DNA from: a virus
IMG/VR virus record: IMGVR_UViG_3300027969_003137
Location: 23,519 to 87,518 of that record
Length of the DNA: 64,000 nt
Strand: one strand, 5' to 3'
The first letter of the stretch is position 1; each line of letters begins with the position of its first letter. Under the pieces are notes generated by a model. It did not search any database. It saw only the letters and a list, made by a program, of their open reading frames with translations, and was not told where the DNA came from. Below are positions 1 to 8,988 of the stretch, piece after piece. The position numbers and the translations under genes are program-made.

Positions 1-255
1 TACGCAGACGCATACGACGATGCTCAAACTGATCCATTAATTAGAGATTGGGTAGTTGAAACGAAAAAGAAAATTCCAGGATGGAAAAATTTAAGTCGTC
101 AAGAAATTTTTAACAGGTTATATACACGTCTAGATAAAGTTGCTAGTATGGTCGGAGCAGATCCTAAATGGCGGGAATTTGATCTATCCGTATATATGGA
201 CAATAAAATGCAACTAGAAACAAATTTAGAATATCGACTTTATTCTAAGCCTTGA
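1..255 (+). CDS. 3' part of a hypothetical protein, paralogous to 3723..4301
   Basis: Frame 1 is open from base 1 to TGA at 253-255. It ends RLDKVASMVGADPKWREF...ETNLEYRLYSKP, matching RLDKVADRYGAGEWKPF...ETPLLYRLYTKP. Confidence 0.8.
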   Translation, partial: YADAYDDAQTDPLIRDWVVETKKKIPGWKNLSRQEIFNRLYTRLDKVASMVGADPKWREFDLSVYMDNKMQLETNLEYRLYSKP

Positions 256-809
256 CCTAGAATTGTATACATATGCGGACCTGGCTCTGTTTTGATCCTT
301 ACTGGCGATAACTCTATAGTTGGATTCAATGCCATGGATGTCCACAGATTATCTGCAATATGGTCTACACAAAAAGTTGATACTTTTGCATCAATTGCAT
401 TTTTAATTGCTAATTCTTCAGGAATATTGGTATTCCAGTGCGAATGTGTAAATGCGGCATCAATGGCGCCAAACGCTGGATTTTCTTTTACAATGATAAA
501 CGATGCGCTATCACAATATTGAGCATATATCTGCTCAATAAACATTGAAATACGATATCCATAAAATATAACAACATCAAACTCTAGCCCTGATACTTCT
601 ATAAAGTCGTTTACATGAAAATCTAATTCTTCAAATGTTGAATCATGATATCTTGCCACTCTAGATGTTGGAATATTGTTGTTGTGATTGTTTGCAAACT
701 GTTTTAAAAATACGGTTTTTCCGGATTGATGATAAGCAGCTTCTAATGCATTGATTAGAAAATTTCGTGTACCCGAATTACCGGCTGTAAAAATGTATTT
801 TGTAGGCAT
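240..809 (-). CDS. Hypothetical protein, degenerate sulfotransferase/P-loop-like
   Basis: ATG at 809 with GGAGA SD. N-terminus KYIFTAGNSGTRN; middle segment resembles ORF 1557..2075. Confidence 0.6.
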   Translation of the reverse strand: MPTKYIFTAGNSGTRNFLINALEAAYHQSGKTVFLKQFANNHNNNIPTSRVARYHDSTFEELDFHVNDFIEVSGLEFDVVIFYGYRISMFIEQIYAQYCDSASFIIVKENPAFGAIDAAFTHSHWNTNIPEELAIKNAIDAKVSTFCVDHIADNLWTSMALNPTIELSPVRIKTEPGPHMYTILGQGLE

Positions 810-877
810 AAAAGTCTCCGTGGATCTTGTATCATTATTTATCCACGCAAACATAAACGAACTTAAATAGTACTATT

Positions 878-1564
878 ATGCAATCTCAAAAACAACTTCT
901 AATAACCTGTGGACCGCAAGGTTCTGGGAATCATATATTTGCTAGAATCTTTAGTATGCATCCAGATGTCAATGGATGGGACGAACTTACGGAAAACTAT
1001 TGGGTAGGTCATCAACGAGAAAAATTTGCAATGTATTGGTGGTACCCCCAATTAATGAAACCAGAAGTTTTCGATGACGGACAATACTTTATTACAAACG
1101 TCAGTTATCCATATGTATTTGATGGATATAATATTAAACCAAAAATTTTAGAAGTTGCAAATATAGCCAAGAGCTGGGGCATCGATGTACAGATCGCTGT
1201 AATTGCTCGAGATGAAAAAATATCTAGATTACAACAAGAACGGATAAGAAAAAAACCCACAATAGATTATGCTAAAGATTATATTATCAATACGTTGTTG
1301 GCTAGTGATTTTCCTGTAAACTTTATAAGTCTAGAAACATTTTTTTGTTATAAAACTAACTATCTAAAATATTTAGAAAAAACTTTAAATTTTCCAATAG
1401 ATCATACCAGCCCAGAAATTTTAAAATTCATCGACGATCAGAGCCCAAATGAAAAATATATAATTCCTGCTGAACCCTATCCTGGTGAGGAACTAAAAGG
1501 AGTAGAGGGCGAAGAGATCGATGAATTGTTTAGCCCCATGTCTAAAGGAAACAAAGATGATTAA
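878..1564 (+). CDS. Sulfotransferase-family-like protein
   Basis: N-terminal LLITCGPQGSGNHIFARIFSMHPDV resembles the sulfotransferase PSB loop followed by HPDV; later IAVIARD. Confidence 0.55.
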   Translation: MQSQKQLLITCGPQGSGNHIFARIFSMHPDVNGWDELTENYWVGHQREKFAMYWWYPQLMKPEVFDDGQYFITNVSYPYVFDGYNIKPKILEVANIAKSWGIDVQIAVIARDEKISRLQQERIRKKPTIDYAKDYIINTLLASDFPVNFISLETFFCYKTNYLKYLEKTLNFPIDHTSPEILKFIDDQSPNEKYIIPAEPYPGEELKGVEGEEIDELFSPMSKGNKDD

Positions 1565-2075
1565 TTCAAATAAGATATATTTTATAACTTCACCGTTAGG
1601 ACAATATAATGTCTGGTGTTTGGACAAGCTCAAAACACTGTTTCATTACGATGATAATAATAAGATTTATTTTAGATTCGGCTCGTTATCAAGACTAGAC
1701 CTAGAACTGATGTACGATCACTATGATCGAATATCATTGATCATCAACGATCAAATTTCCAATTTTCATAATACAAACTTTTTTTATTATGGTTGGGAAA
1801 TTTTGCCGTGTTTAGATGAACTCTACAGAGATTTTCCGGGGTCTGAATTTTTATTAGTCGTTAATAATTTAGATGATGATTCATTTCAACTTGCAGCAAA
1901 CAAAAAAAAGGGCAAGTTAAAAGATCCTGCATTTGTAGCTGCTGCCGAAGCAAATCAAAAGACAGCAATTAAAAATTTCATCAAGGGTAAAATTTACACA
2001 GATCGAGTTCGAGAGAGAAAATCTGAAAATGGGGCTGTTGAAAGATCTATTACTACCTACTATTTAAAAAATTAA
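1557..2075 (+). CDS. Hypothetical protein, related to 240..809
   Basis: ATG at 1557 after AAGGA. YYGWEILPCLDELYRDFPGSEFLLVVNN aligns by eye with FYGYRISMFIEQIYAQYCDSASFIIVKEN. Confidence 0.6.
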   Translation: MINSNKIYFITSPLGQYNVWCLDKLKTLFHYDDNNKIYFRFGSLSRLDLELMYDHYDRISLIINDQISNFHNTNFFYYGWEILPCLDELYRDFPGSEFLLVVNNLDDDSFQLAANKKKGKLKDPAFVAAAEANQKTAIKNFIKGKIYTDRVRERKSENGAVERSITTYYLKN

Positions 2076-2076
2076 T

Positions 2077-2982
2077 ATGTATCAAGACAAACTAATAGAT
2101 GCCATGGCTCAAATTTATTTTAATATTAAAGATGAAGTATTTGAATCATATCTCGAAAGTTCTGGAATAGATTATATTGCAATATCAGCTGGCATACCCG
2201 GCGGAAAAGATTGTTCGTTAAGATTAAAACAAAAATTCAACAGTAGAATACTGTTAGGAACTAGTAAACGATTTGACCAACGGGATGACTTTGATCCTCA
2301 ATACATCAACACAATTATACAAGAACTCAAAGACCCGTCCTATCGATATATAGGCGAGTTGCATTTTACTCATGCCGACAAAGAAGATGGCGAAATAAAT
2401 GATGAACTTGAAAGGCGTGTTAGTGCAGTATCGCCTAATACTAAAAAATTATTAGATCATATTTCTGCATATCAAGTACCTGTTTTTTTTCATTGGGAAG
2501 TGTTTCATTGGGAAAGAGATTGGCCAGAGATTAGTAAAATGTTAAAGTCTTATCCTAATTTAAAATTTGTTTGGCCGCACTGCGGGTTTGCTACCGTTGA
2601 CCAAATAGATAAAGTACTATCAGAACATCCAAATGTTTATGCTACACTAAGTAAACGAGAATTAAAAAGATGGAAGAACTTGTGGATAGGACCCGATAAT
2701 ACAGATCTTGGGGGGTTTCAGATAGTTAATTCCGAATGGTGGGATAAAGTAGATAGTAATTCTATAGTAGACGACCATAACAAGATTAGACAAGAATGGG
2801 TCACACTAATTGATAAATTTCAAGATCGATTTTTATTTGCCACTGATGCCCATAAAACTTTAAGATGGAACAGCTACAACAATATTGTGTTATGTTGGAG
2901 AAACATTCTTGGACAACTAGATGCAGATTTAGCCAAAAAAATATCCTATACCAATGCTGCAAAGCTATATAAGATATCATAA
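2077..2982 (+). CDS. Metal-dependent amidohydrolase (Amidohydro_2/TatD-like TIM barrel)
   Basis: Motifs IGELHFTH, PVFFHWE, WPHCG, DRFLFATD and ISYTNAAKLY. Confidence 0.8.
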   Translation: MYQDKLIDAMAQIYFNIKDEVFESYLESSGIDYIAISAGIPGGKDCSLRLKQKFNSRILLGTSKRFDQRDDFDPQYINTIIQELKDPSYRYIGELHFTHADKEDGEINDELERRVSAVSPNTKKLLDHISAYQVPVFFHWEVFHWERDWPEISKMLKSYPNLKFVWPHCGFATVDQIDKVLSEHPNVYATLSKRELKRWKNLWIGPDNTDLGGFQIVNSEWWDKVDSNSIVDDHNKIRQEWVTLIDKFQDRFLFATDAHKTLRWNSYNNIVLCWRNILGQLDADLAKKISYTNAAKLYKIS

Positions 2983-2991
2983 AGGAATAGC

Positions 2992-3726
2992 GTGACAAAG
3001 GCCAAAGTAAAAAGAATATTTGTGTGCGGTCCTCCGGGAGGCATGTTCTCAACCATAGATCGATACCTGCGTGTGGGATTGCTTCAACATGTTGACAATT
3101 CTGATATAACGCCCCAGAGATTCTGGGGCGGACATATTGGTGCTTACTGGCACCCGGGCAACGAACCTAGTTGGGACTGGATATTAAACTTCGGCGAATA
3201 TGATCGAGATCACATAATAGAAACACTAGACAGTGCATATTCAAACCCAATACCCGATGCCAGCGAAAAAGAATTCATCATACGAACACACAAAAGCCAT
3301 TTCTGGGCCTTGCATTATGACAAAATTATAGAGTTATTTCCCGAAGCAGACATAATTACAACAATTATAGAACCGCATGTTGCTTTTATATGGTGGGAAC
3401 TATGTGGTGGCCACGACACTGTACATAATAATTACAAATTTTTTCATAGGAACTATGAGGCTATCTGGCAAGAAATAAATGTACAAACTACGGCAACAAA
3501 GAAATTTGTTGAAAAATATAATATTACTCCTGTCTATTATGATATGGATTTTCTTACAAAAAATTATGGGACTATGTCTATACATTTAAAAAGAATGGCA
3601 GCAGAAGGCATGCGCCATCCGGGCGGATACAATCATTTTTTAGGGGGAATGGCAGATGGTACAGGGTTGAGCGATAATGTGAAAGTTGCCTTTAAACCGG
3701 GATGTCCTAGACAGTTTAATCTATGA
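2992..3726 (+). CDS. Sulfotransferase-like phage protein
   Basis: RIFVCGPPGG at the N-terminus; HKSH...IIELFPEADII resembles the sulfotransferase fold KxH..FPxAKII pattern. Confidence 0.5.
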   Translation: MTKAKVKRIFVCGPPGGMFSTIDRYLRVGLLQHVDNSDITPQRFWGGHIGAYWHPGNEPSWDWILNFGEYDRDHIIETLDSAYSNPIPDASEKEFIIRTHKSHFWALHYDKIIELFPEADIITTIIEPHVAFIWWELCGGHDTVHNNYKFFHRNYEAIWQEINVQTTATKKFVEKYNITPVYYDMDFLTKNYGTMSIHLKRMAAEGMRHPGGYNHFLGGMADGTGLSDNVKVAFKPGCPRQFNL

Positions 3727-4301
3727 GAATGAATTATTGGTTAGGCGGTGGGTACACTGCCCATATTCCTCGTGAAATCTTAGAAAAAAATGATAATACT
3801 ATCAATACACCTATATTACCAACAGTTAGTCATCATTCTAGATTTGAATGGATATACAAATATATAGGCGAAAAGAAATCTGTAATTCCTGCATTAAAAT
3901 TGATGTTTTATACTACTGATAAAGAAGAGTATAATCTCGGTACACATAGTCTTAATCTAGATGACGGTGATTTCTTTTTTAAATATTGTCTACCTCATAC
4001 TCCGCCTGGATCTAGATTTTGGTTTTTTAAATTGAAAACTGTTAAGTTATATTTAGAAGAATACGAAGACTCTCTAAAGAATGTCACAATGACCGATTGG
4101 ATGGAAGTTAAACGATTAGAAAATCCAAAATTAGCAACTGCCTCTAGAGAGAGGATGGCTGAGCTTATGCTCGAAAGATTGGACAAAGTTGCTGATAGAT
4201 ACGGTGCTGGTGAGTGGAAACCGTTTACTCCCAATGACTATTTCGATAATGGGGATCTAAGTGAAACTCCCTTGTTATATCGATTGTATACAAAACCTTA
4301 A
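3723..4301 (+). CDS. Hypothetical protein, paralog of the partial ORF at 1..255
   Basis: 192-aa ORF overlapping the upstream stop (ATGA); shares its C-terminus with 1..255. Confidence 0.8.
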   Translation: MRMNYWLGGGYTAHIPREILEKNDNTINTPILPTVSHHSRFEWIYKYIGEKKSVIPALKLMFYTTDKEEYNLGTHSLNLDDGDFFFKYCLPHTPPGSRFWFFKLKTVKLYLEEYEDSLKNVTMTDWMEVKRLENPKLATASRERMAELMLERLDKVADRYGAGEWKPFTPNDYFDNGDLSETPLLYRLYTKP

Positions 4302-4326
4302 AATTTTACATTTGGTAGTCTAGTAC

Positions 4327-4355
4327 TTGCTATTTAATTATAGACCAACTATACT
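4327..4355 (+). promoter_or_regulatory. Sigma70-type promoter of the tRNA-like RNA
   Basis: TTGCTA-17 nt-TATACT; the predicted start lands at about 4362, the first base of the acceptor stem. Confidence 0.7.
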
Positions 4356-4361
4356 ATACTT

Positions 4362-4472
4362 GTGGTCGTGAGTGGAATTGGCAGACCTCCCGCTTGGCCC
4401 ATAGCCAAGAGTGGGGACGGGACAAAGTCGTAGACAGAGTCTTTGTAGGTTCGAAACCTACCGACCATACCA
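4362..4472 (+). tRNA. Atypical 111-nt tRNA-like RNA (Leu/Ser-type body, extended anticodon arm, two variable-region hairpins)
   Basis: Acceptor stem GTGGTCG/CGACCAT followed by A-CCA; D region GGAATTGGCAGAC; T arm GTAGG-TTCGAAA-CCTAC. Confidence 0.8.
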
Positions 4473-4535
4473 GTTTTAAGCCCCTACAAGCAAGGTGGCT
4501 TATAAGTATTAGAACATAACTATAAGGAAACAATT

Positions 4536-4727
4536 ATGTCAACAACAGTAGAACAACTAAAAGCAGACTTCGAAGCATTCTTAGCAGAGGACGCAAAATT
4601 CACAGCTGGCAACGGTGCAGCAGGAACTCGTGCTCGCAAAGCTCTTCAAGAAGTTGCCAAGGGTGTTAAAGCTCGTCGCAACGAAATCACAGAAGAAAAG
4701 AACGCTCGCAAAGAAGCCAAGGCCTAA
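4536..4727 (+). CDS. Histone H1-like Hc1-family small DNA-binding protein
   Basis: KFTAGNGAAGTRARKALQEVAK...RRNEI, the GNxAAGxRARK signature; AAGGA SD. Confidence 0.75.
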   Translation: MSTTVEQLKADFEAFLAEDAKFTAGNGAAGTRARKALQEVAKGVKARRNEITEEKNARKEAKA

Positions 4728-4731
4728 TAAA

Positions 4732-5238
4732 ATGAGCGATCAAGATTCTATAGTAGATCTTGGTGAAGACAGTGCCACTGCCACAATTGATTGGGGTGGC
4801 ACTGATACCATTACTCTTAGCCCAGGTACGTACGGAGTTGATTTAAGTAGCATGAGTACTATCACCCTACCAAGTCCTAGTACTACTTTTACTTACAGCG
4901 GAATGGGTGCAACTGTTGGTGGCATTACTACTATTAATAATATCAACAGCAATAGTCAATGGACTACAGGAACAACAGGTTATGCATATAACAATACTCT
5001 TACTCCTAACACAGTCAATATCAGTACCACAGGTATTGAAATGGCTGCTGGGACCGATATTACTGTTGGTGGGCAGAGTTTAAAAGAGTTCATGAAGAAG
5101 ATGGAACAGAGACTTGCTATACTAGTACCTGATCCTGCAAAACTTGAAAAGTTTGAAGCACTTAAGAAAGCCTATGAACATTACAAGACCATGGAAAGTC
5201 TTTGTTTCGATGAACCAATTGAAGAACCCGAGCAGTAA
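4732..5238 (+). CDS. Hypothetical protein, Thr/Gly-rich with conserved-looking C-terminus
   Basis: ATG directly after the Hc1 stop; C-terminus MEQRLAILVPDPAKLEKFEALKKAYEHYK. Confidence 0.7.
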   Translation: MSDQDSIVDLGEDSATATIDWGGTDTITLSPGTYGVDLSSMSTITLPSPSTTFTYSGMGATVGGITTINNINSNSQWTTGTTGYAYNNTLTPNTVNISTTGIEMAAGTDITVGGQSLKEFMKKMEQRLAILVPDPAKLEKFEALKKAYEHYKTMESLCFDEPIEEPEQ

Positions 5239-5244
5239 ATACAA

Positions 5245-5910
5245 ATGAATGTTAAACTTTTATCATACAGCCAACCCGCAGTCGAATTTCGAGATATGGG
5301 CATCGAAGATGCGCAGGAACTCATTGCGTATTGCGCCCGTGTCAGCAATCCTGCCAATCAACTCAACACAGACACATCCGAAAAACTCATCAGATACTTG
5401 GTCAAGCACCAACACTGGAGCCCACTTGAAATGGTCTCCGCCTGTATCGAAATCACCACCACCCGAGATATTGCCCGACAGATCCTTAGACACAGAAGTT
5501 TCTCATTCCAAGAGTTCAGTCAGCGATATGCTGACCCTACTAAAGACCTGTCGTTTGTATGTAGAGAAGCACGGCTCCAAGATCCAAAAAACAGACAGAA
5601 CAGCGTCCCAGTCGATGATCAACTCTTACAAAATGAATGGTATCGTGCTCAACAACGAGTTATCTATGCTGCCAAACGAGAATACGAATGGGCCATTGCC
5701 AACGGCATAGCCAAGGAACAGGCTCGTGCTGTGCTGCCGGAAGGTCTTACAGAAAGTCGCCTGTATATGAATGGCACACTGCGTTCATGGGTACACTTCA
5801 TTGAACTACGTTCGGCCAATGGCACACAACTAGAGCATCAGGAAGTTGCTAAGGCCTGTGCCAAAGTAATTGCAGAAATATTTCCATTGGCAGAAAGTCT
5901 TGTCAAATGA
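5245..5910 (+). CDS. thyX: FAD-dependent thymidylate synthase
   Basis: ThyX motif RHRSFSFQEFSQRY; also HWSPLE, EQARAVLP, GTLRSWVHFIELR. Confidence 0.97.
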   Translation: MNVKLLSYSQPAVEFRDMGIEDAQELIAYCARVSNPANQLNTDTSEKLIRYLVKHQHWSPLEMVSACIEITTTRDIARQILRHRSFSFQEFSQRYADPTKDLSFVCREARLQDPKNRQNSVPVDDQLLQNEWYRAQQRVIYAAKREYEWAIANGIAKEQARAVLPEGLTESRLYMNGTLRSWVHFIELRSANGTQLEHQEVAKACAKVIAEIFPLAESLVK

Positions 5911-6290
5911 AAGAAAAGATTGATCAGTTTTGCAAAAACTACGAAATTCAAATCGTAGATGATCAAAAACGTAGGGCCAGATATCACCCTCCTAAGTATT
6001 TTACAGATCCCTCTCGAGCAGACATTGTAAGTAAAGATTTTGTAGAATATGAAACAGAAAAAGTCTTTACCGTTCAAATACCCGAAAGCCGCTTTCGTGC
6101 TCTTGTAGAAATGGAGCAGAGATTTTTTGGCAATCACACGCACGGTTATAGCGATGCTGATATGTTTTCCATGCTGATGGAAAAGGAACGTGAGGAAAGT
6201 TGGTATCGGCAGTCAAATCAAGCTGTACAAAAAGCCTACGAACAATATTCAATCATGCTCAATCTAGTAGGATATCAAAGGAAGATATGA
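5907..6290 (+). CDS. Hypothetical protein
   Basis: 127-aa ORF coupled to thyX by ATGA overlap. Confidence 0.75.
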   Translation: MKEKIDQFCKNYEIQIVDDQKRRARYHPPKYFTDPSRADIVSKDFVEYETEKVFTVQIPESRFRALVEMEQRFFGNHTHGYSDADMFSMLMEKEREESWYRQSNQAVQKAYEQYSIMLNLVGYQRKI

Positions 6291-6640
6291 ACGAAATACA
6301 GATATTATCAGGATGTTTGGCATTTTTAGTATTATGTGGAGCAGTTTATCGACATATCGGATTTGATAAAATGAGAGAATGCTACGGCATTTGGTTTACA
6401 AAGACGTACTGGACAGACTACAATACCGTAGAATTTGCCAGTTGGACCGCTAAAGCCTGCATCATTATTCCCGGATTAATTTTTGGAATTAGTATTTGGT
6501 GGTTGTATTTCTTTACCTTGGCAACAAGTCTAACACTTATCTGGGCCAGTGAAAAGAAACTACTGCCAACACTCGTAGGATTTAACACCATTTGGGTTTG
6601 GATCAGCTGCATGGTTTTGGCACAAAATCTTGTGAAATAA
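6287..6640 (+). CDS. Multi-pass membrane protein
   Basis: ATGA overlap at 6287; about four hydrophobic segments. Confidence 0.75.
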   Translation: MNEIQILSGCLAFLVLCGAVYRHIGFDKMRECYGIWFTKTYWTDYNTVEFASWTAKACIIIPGLIFGISIWWLYFFTLATSLTLIWASEKKLLPTLVGFNTIWVWISCMVLAQNLVK

Positions 6641-6662
6641 AACGATTCAAAAAAGATTCTTA

Positions 6663-6691
6663 TTGACAGGTTTCTAGAAAGATAGTATAAT
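6663..6691 (+). promoter_or_regulatory. Consensus sigma70 early promoter
   Basis: TTGACA-17 nt-TATAAT. Confidence 0.9.
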
Positions 6692-6721
6692 TAAGTTGTT
6701 CAACAGAGAAAACACACTATT

Positions 6722-7561
6722 ATGGCACATCACACAAACTACTGGTCATGCACTCCTTTTGCAGATTGGCTCCGCGGCACTAAAAAACTCAGTGCGGGCA
6801 CCAGCGAGGAATGGGACGATTGGACCACTGCGGCTCAGATGAAGCACAATTTTCGTTACTGGCTAGCTGAAGAGGCCCTAGGCTATATCCAGGATTTTGT
6901 CACTTGGCCTGTTAGAAAGATCTACGATGTTAAGTATTACATCAATAACCGTTGGATTACTCGTACTCACTCTCTTACCGCCCATGCTCGTGATATCAAG
7001 CCTGGCGCTTGGTGTGATGTTGGCAATCGGTTCCTGCCATGCCTATTTAATGAGTTGGTGGATTTTGTCGAAGTCGAATCCGCATGGTCGCACATTGCCT
7101 GGGGAGATAAGGAAGCTCGTGCAAAGTATGATCCTCCCTTTTACGCTACTGGTTGGTGGCGCTGGCGCACTTGGCGTTGCCCTCAAGCAGGTATCGATCA
7201 TCTTGACTGGGCAATGACACTGACTAATACCGACTGGTGTGGTCCAGAGCATCCAGACTACGGCAAGCCAACTGGTCAAGCCATCCGTGCAAAAGAAATC
7301 AAAGAACTTTATGTATGGTGGACCACTACCTATCGTGCTCGTCCTGATCCCTACGATGCCAGTGGCTGGACTGCGGCCTGTGAAGCACAGCGAGAAGCCA
7401 ATGGTGGAAAGTTAAGTTTTAGCACCCCTAAAGATCCTGTACTTAAAAAAGCCAGCGATAAGGCTCATAAGTTGCTTCAAAAGATTGAAGAGGGTTATGA
7501 AAAAGAAGATGAAGCTATGATGATTCGACTGATCAAAGCTCGTGACAGCCTATGGACTTAA
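6722..7561 (+). CDS. Trp-rich hypothetical phage protein
   Basis: 279-aa ORF downstream of a consensus promoter. Confidence 0.8.
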   Translation: MAHHTNYWSCTPFADWLRGTKKLSAGTSEEWDDWTTAAQMKHNFRYWLAEEALGYIQDFVTWPVRKIYDVKYYINNRWITRTHSLTAHARDIKPGAWCDVGNRFLPCLFNELVDFVEVESAWSHIAWGDKEARAKYDPPFYATGWWRWRTWRCPQAGIDHLDWAMTLTNTDWCGPEHPDYGKPTGQAIRAKEIKELYVWWTTTYRARPDPYDASGWTAACEAQREANGGKLSFSTPKDPVLKKASDKAHKLLQKIEEGYEKEDEAMMIRLIKARDSLWT

Positions 7562-7710
7562 ACCTAAACTATTGTGATTGCGAGAATAAAAAATTATACT
7601 CGCAAGAGTATGACGCTTACTATTGCAAGTCTTGCGATAAATGGTTAGAGGATAAATGTGATGACCCAACGTGTGAATATTGTACCAACCGACCACAGAC
7701 ACCAGTCTAG
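7552..7710 (+). CDS. Small Cys-rich putative zinc-binding protein (52 aa, absent from the ORF track)
   Basis: MDLNLNYCDCENKKLYSQEYDAYYCKSCDKWLEDKCDDPTCEYCTNRPQTPV; seven Cys including two CxxC. Confidence 0.7.
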   Translation: MDLNLNYCDCENKKLYSQEYDAYYCKSCDKWLEDKCDDPTCEYCTNRPQTPV

Positions 7711-7861
7711 CCCTTTTAGACGATGGGTCAACGAACTTTGGATGGAGAATCGAGAAGAACGGTTGCTCTATGGCGAAGAACCTGCTACAATAAATCAGTA
7801 TTGGGAACGATACAAATTTTGGCTCAAACGAGAATACAAACATCAACGAGATAAAGCATGA
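7661..7861 (+). CDS. Hypothetical protein
   Basis: GAGG SD upstream; stop overlaps the next start. Confidence 0.6.
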   Translation: MTQRVNIVPTDHRHQSSPFRRWVNELWMENREERLLYGEEPATINQYWERYKFWLKREYKHQRDKA

Positions 7862-8187
7862 AAGCACAGACACCTGCTGAGGGAATTTTAAAGACCAACG
7901 ACTGGGGAGACAGTCGTGCCTATCATGTAGTATGCGAGTGTGGCAGTCCAGACTGTTCTCATAACCTATGGGTCGAGGCAGACGACACCGGCGTGGCTGT
8001 AATAGTCTACACAACCGTTCGGTCTAACTTTTGGTCTAAGCGTCGGTGGACTCACCTTTGGACCTTGCTCACCAAAGGCTATGTAGACTTTGAAGGCAGT
8101 ATTCATCTAAAAGAACAAACAGCATTAAACTACGCAGAAACTCTCAAATTGGCAATCAAAGATGTTAAAGATTTCAAAAAGCCCTAA
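7858..8187 (+). CDS. Hypothetical protein with CxC...C.H motif
   Basis: VVCECGSPDCSH; coupled to neighbours. Confidence 0.7.
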   Translation: MKAQTPAEGILKTNDWGDSRAYHVVCECGSPDCSHNLWVEADDTGVAVIVYTTVRSNFWSKRRWTHLWTLLTKGYVDFEGSIHLKEQTALNYAETLKLAIKDVKDFKKP

Positions 8188-8710
8188 CCGAATGACCTTT
8201 CAACAAGAACGTTCTGAAAAGCGATTGGAAGATCCCGCTATCACTGAAGAACAACGAGTCAACGCACAGGCCTATGTTGACATGTGGGCCGATTGGCGGG
8301 CCGAAGCCGATTCACGAGAACTCACCCCCGAGTGGCAGGAAAACAACATGGAGTACGATCTCCGTACCTGCGAACTGATGTTAAATAAAGTTCGAAGCAG
8401 TGATACCTATGCTCAAAACTTATATGCGGCCATGTGCAATAGACAATTTCAAAAATTGGATCTCATGCCTGTTCTCAAAGACGAGCGATGGAGTGCCAGT
8501 TGGCGTAGTGCCGGTGGAATAATTGCCAATATGCGTGAGGAAGGTGATTACATTGATTGGTACTGCTCTGGCATCGGAGATGGTCTAGGCAATGGTGATC
8601 TAGATGGCACTAAAGGATATGTTCCAGAAAGTGTAGTCACTGATGAAATTCGTGAGGATCTAAAACAATTGGGTTGGATTGTTTTGGATATAGAAGATGA
8701 TGACCGTTAA
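8162..8710 (+). CDS. Hypothetical phage protein
   Basis: Conserved-looking YAQNLYAAMCN, SASWRSAGGIIA and GDYIDWYCSG. Confidence 0.75.
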   Translation: MLKISKSPNRMTFQQERSEKRLEDPAITEEQRVNAQAYVDMWADWRAEADSRELTPEWQENNMEYDLRTCELMLNKVRSSDTYAQNLYAAMCNRQFQKLDLMPVLKDERWSASWRSAGGIIANMREEGDYIDWYCSGIGDGLGNGDLDGTKGYVPESVVTDEIREDLKQLGWIVLDIEDDDR

Positions 8711-8731
8711 GGAGGTTAGAAAGCAACCAAA

Positions 8732-8938
8732 ATGACATATATGCTATACGAAGTTTGGGCCGAAGATGAGGACGGCCATAATGAATTATTAGATACCACT
8801 GCTAGTCAAAAAGAAGCATTTGAAATAGCACAATCTAGTCTCAGCGACGGATATCTATCATCCACAGTTTATCAAGAAACTGATAATGGAGACCCAATCC
8901 TTATCAAAACTTTTCAAAATGACCCGCTTGACAACTAG
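8732..8938 (+). CDS. Small acidic hypothetical protein
   Basis: AAGGAGG upstream; 68 aa. Confidence 0.65.
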   Translation: MTYMLYEVWAEDEDGHNELLDTTASQKEAFEIAQSSLSDGYLSSTVYQETDNGDPILIKTFQNDPLDN

Positions 8939-8956
8939 ACAAAACGATGTTATAAT
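8928..8956 (+). promoter_or_regulatory. Consensus sigma70 promoter with extended -10
   Basis: TTGACA-17 nt-TATAAT, with TGn immediately before the -10. Confidence 0.9.
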
Positions 8957-8988
8957 ATACATATTGTTTAATTAATAGGAGTGTGGCA

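Noticed and set aside
4391-4410. Calling the tRNA-like RNA a normal tRNA-Met/Ile2 because CAT is in the loop
   Set aside because: The loop is 5 nt, lacks U33 and caps a stem of about 10 bp; the body is Leu/Ser-like.
4615-4731. Long N-terminal extensions in the ORF track (e.g. 4615, 6200, 52822, 59201, 63468)
   Set aside because: They overlap upstream genes; downstream ATGs with an SD or stop-start coupling are better starts.
5249-5710. 153-aa alternative-frame ORF inside thyX
   Set aside because: No SD or motif, and its composition is as expected for an off-frame reading, unlike the lipobox-bearing nested o-spanin.
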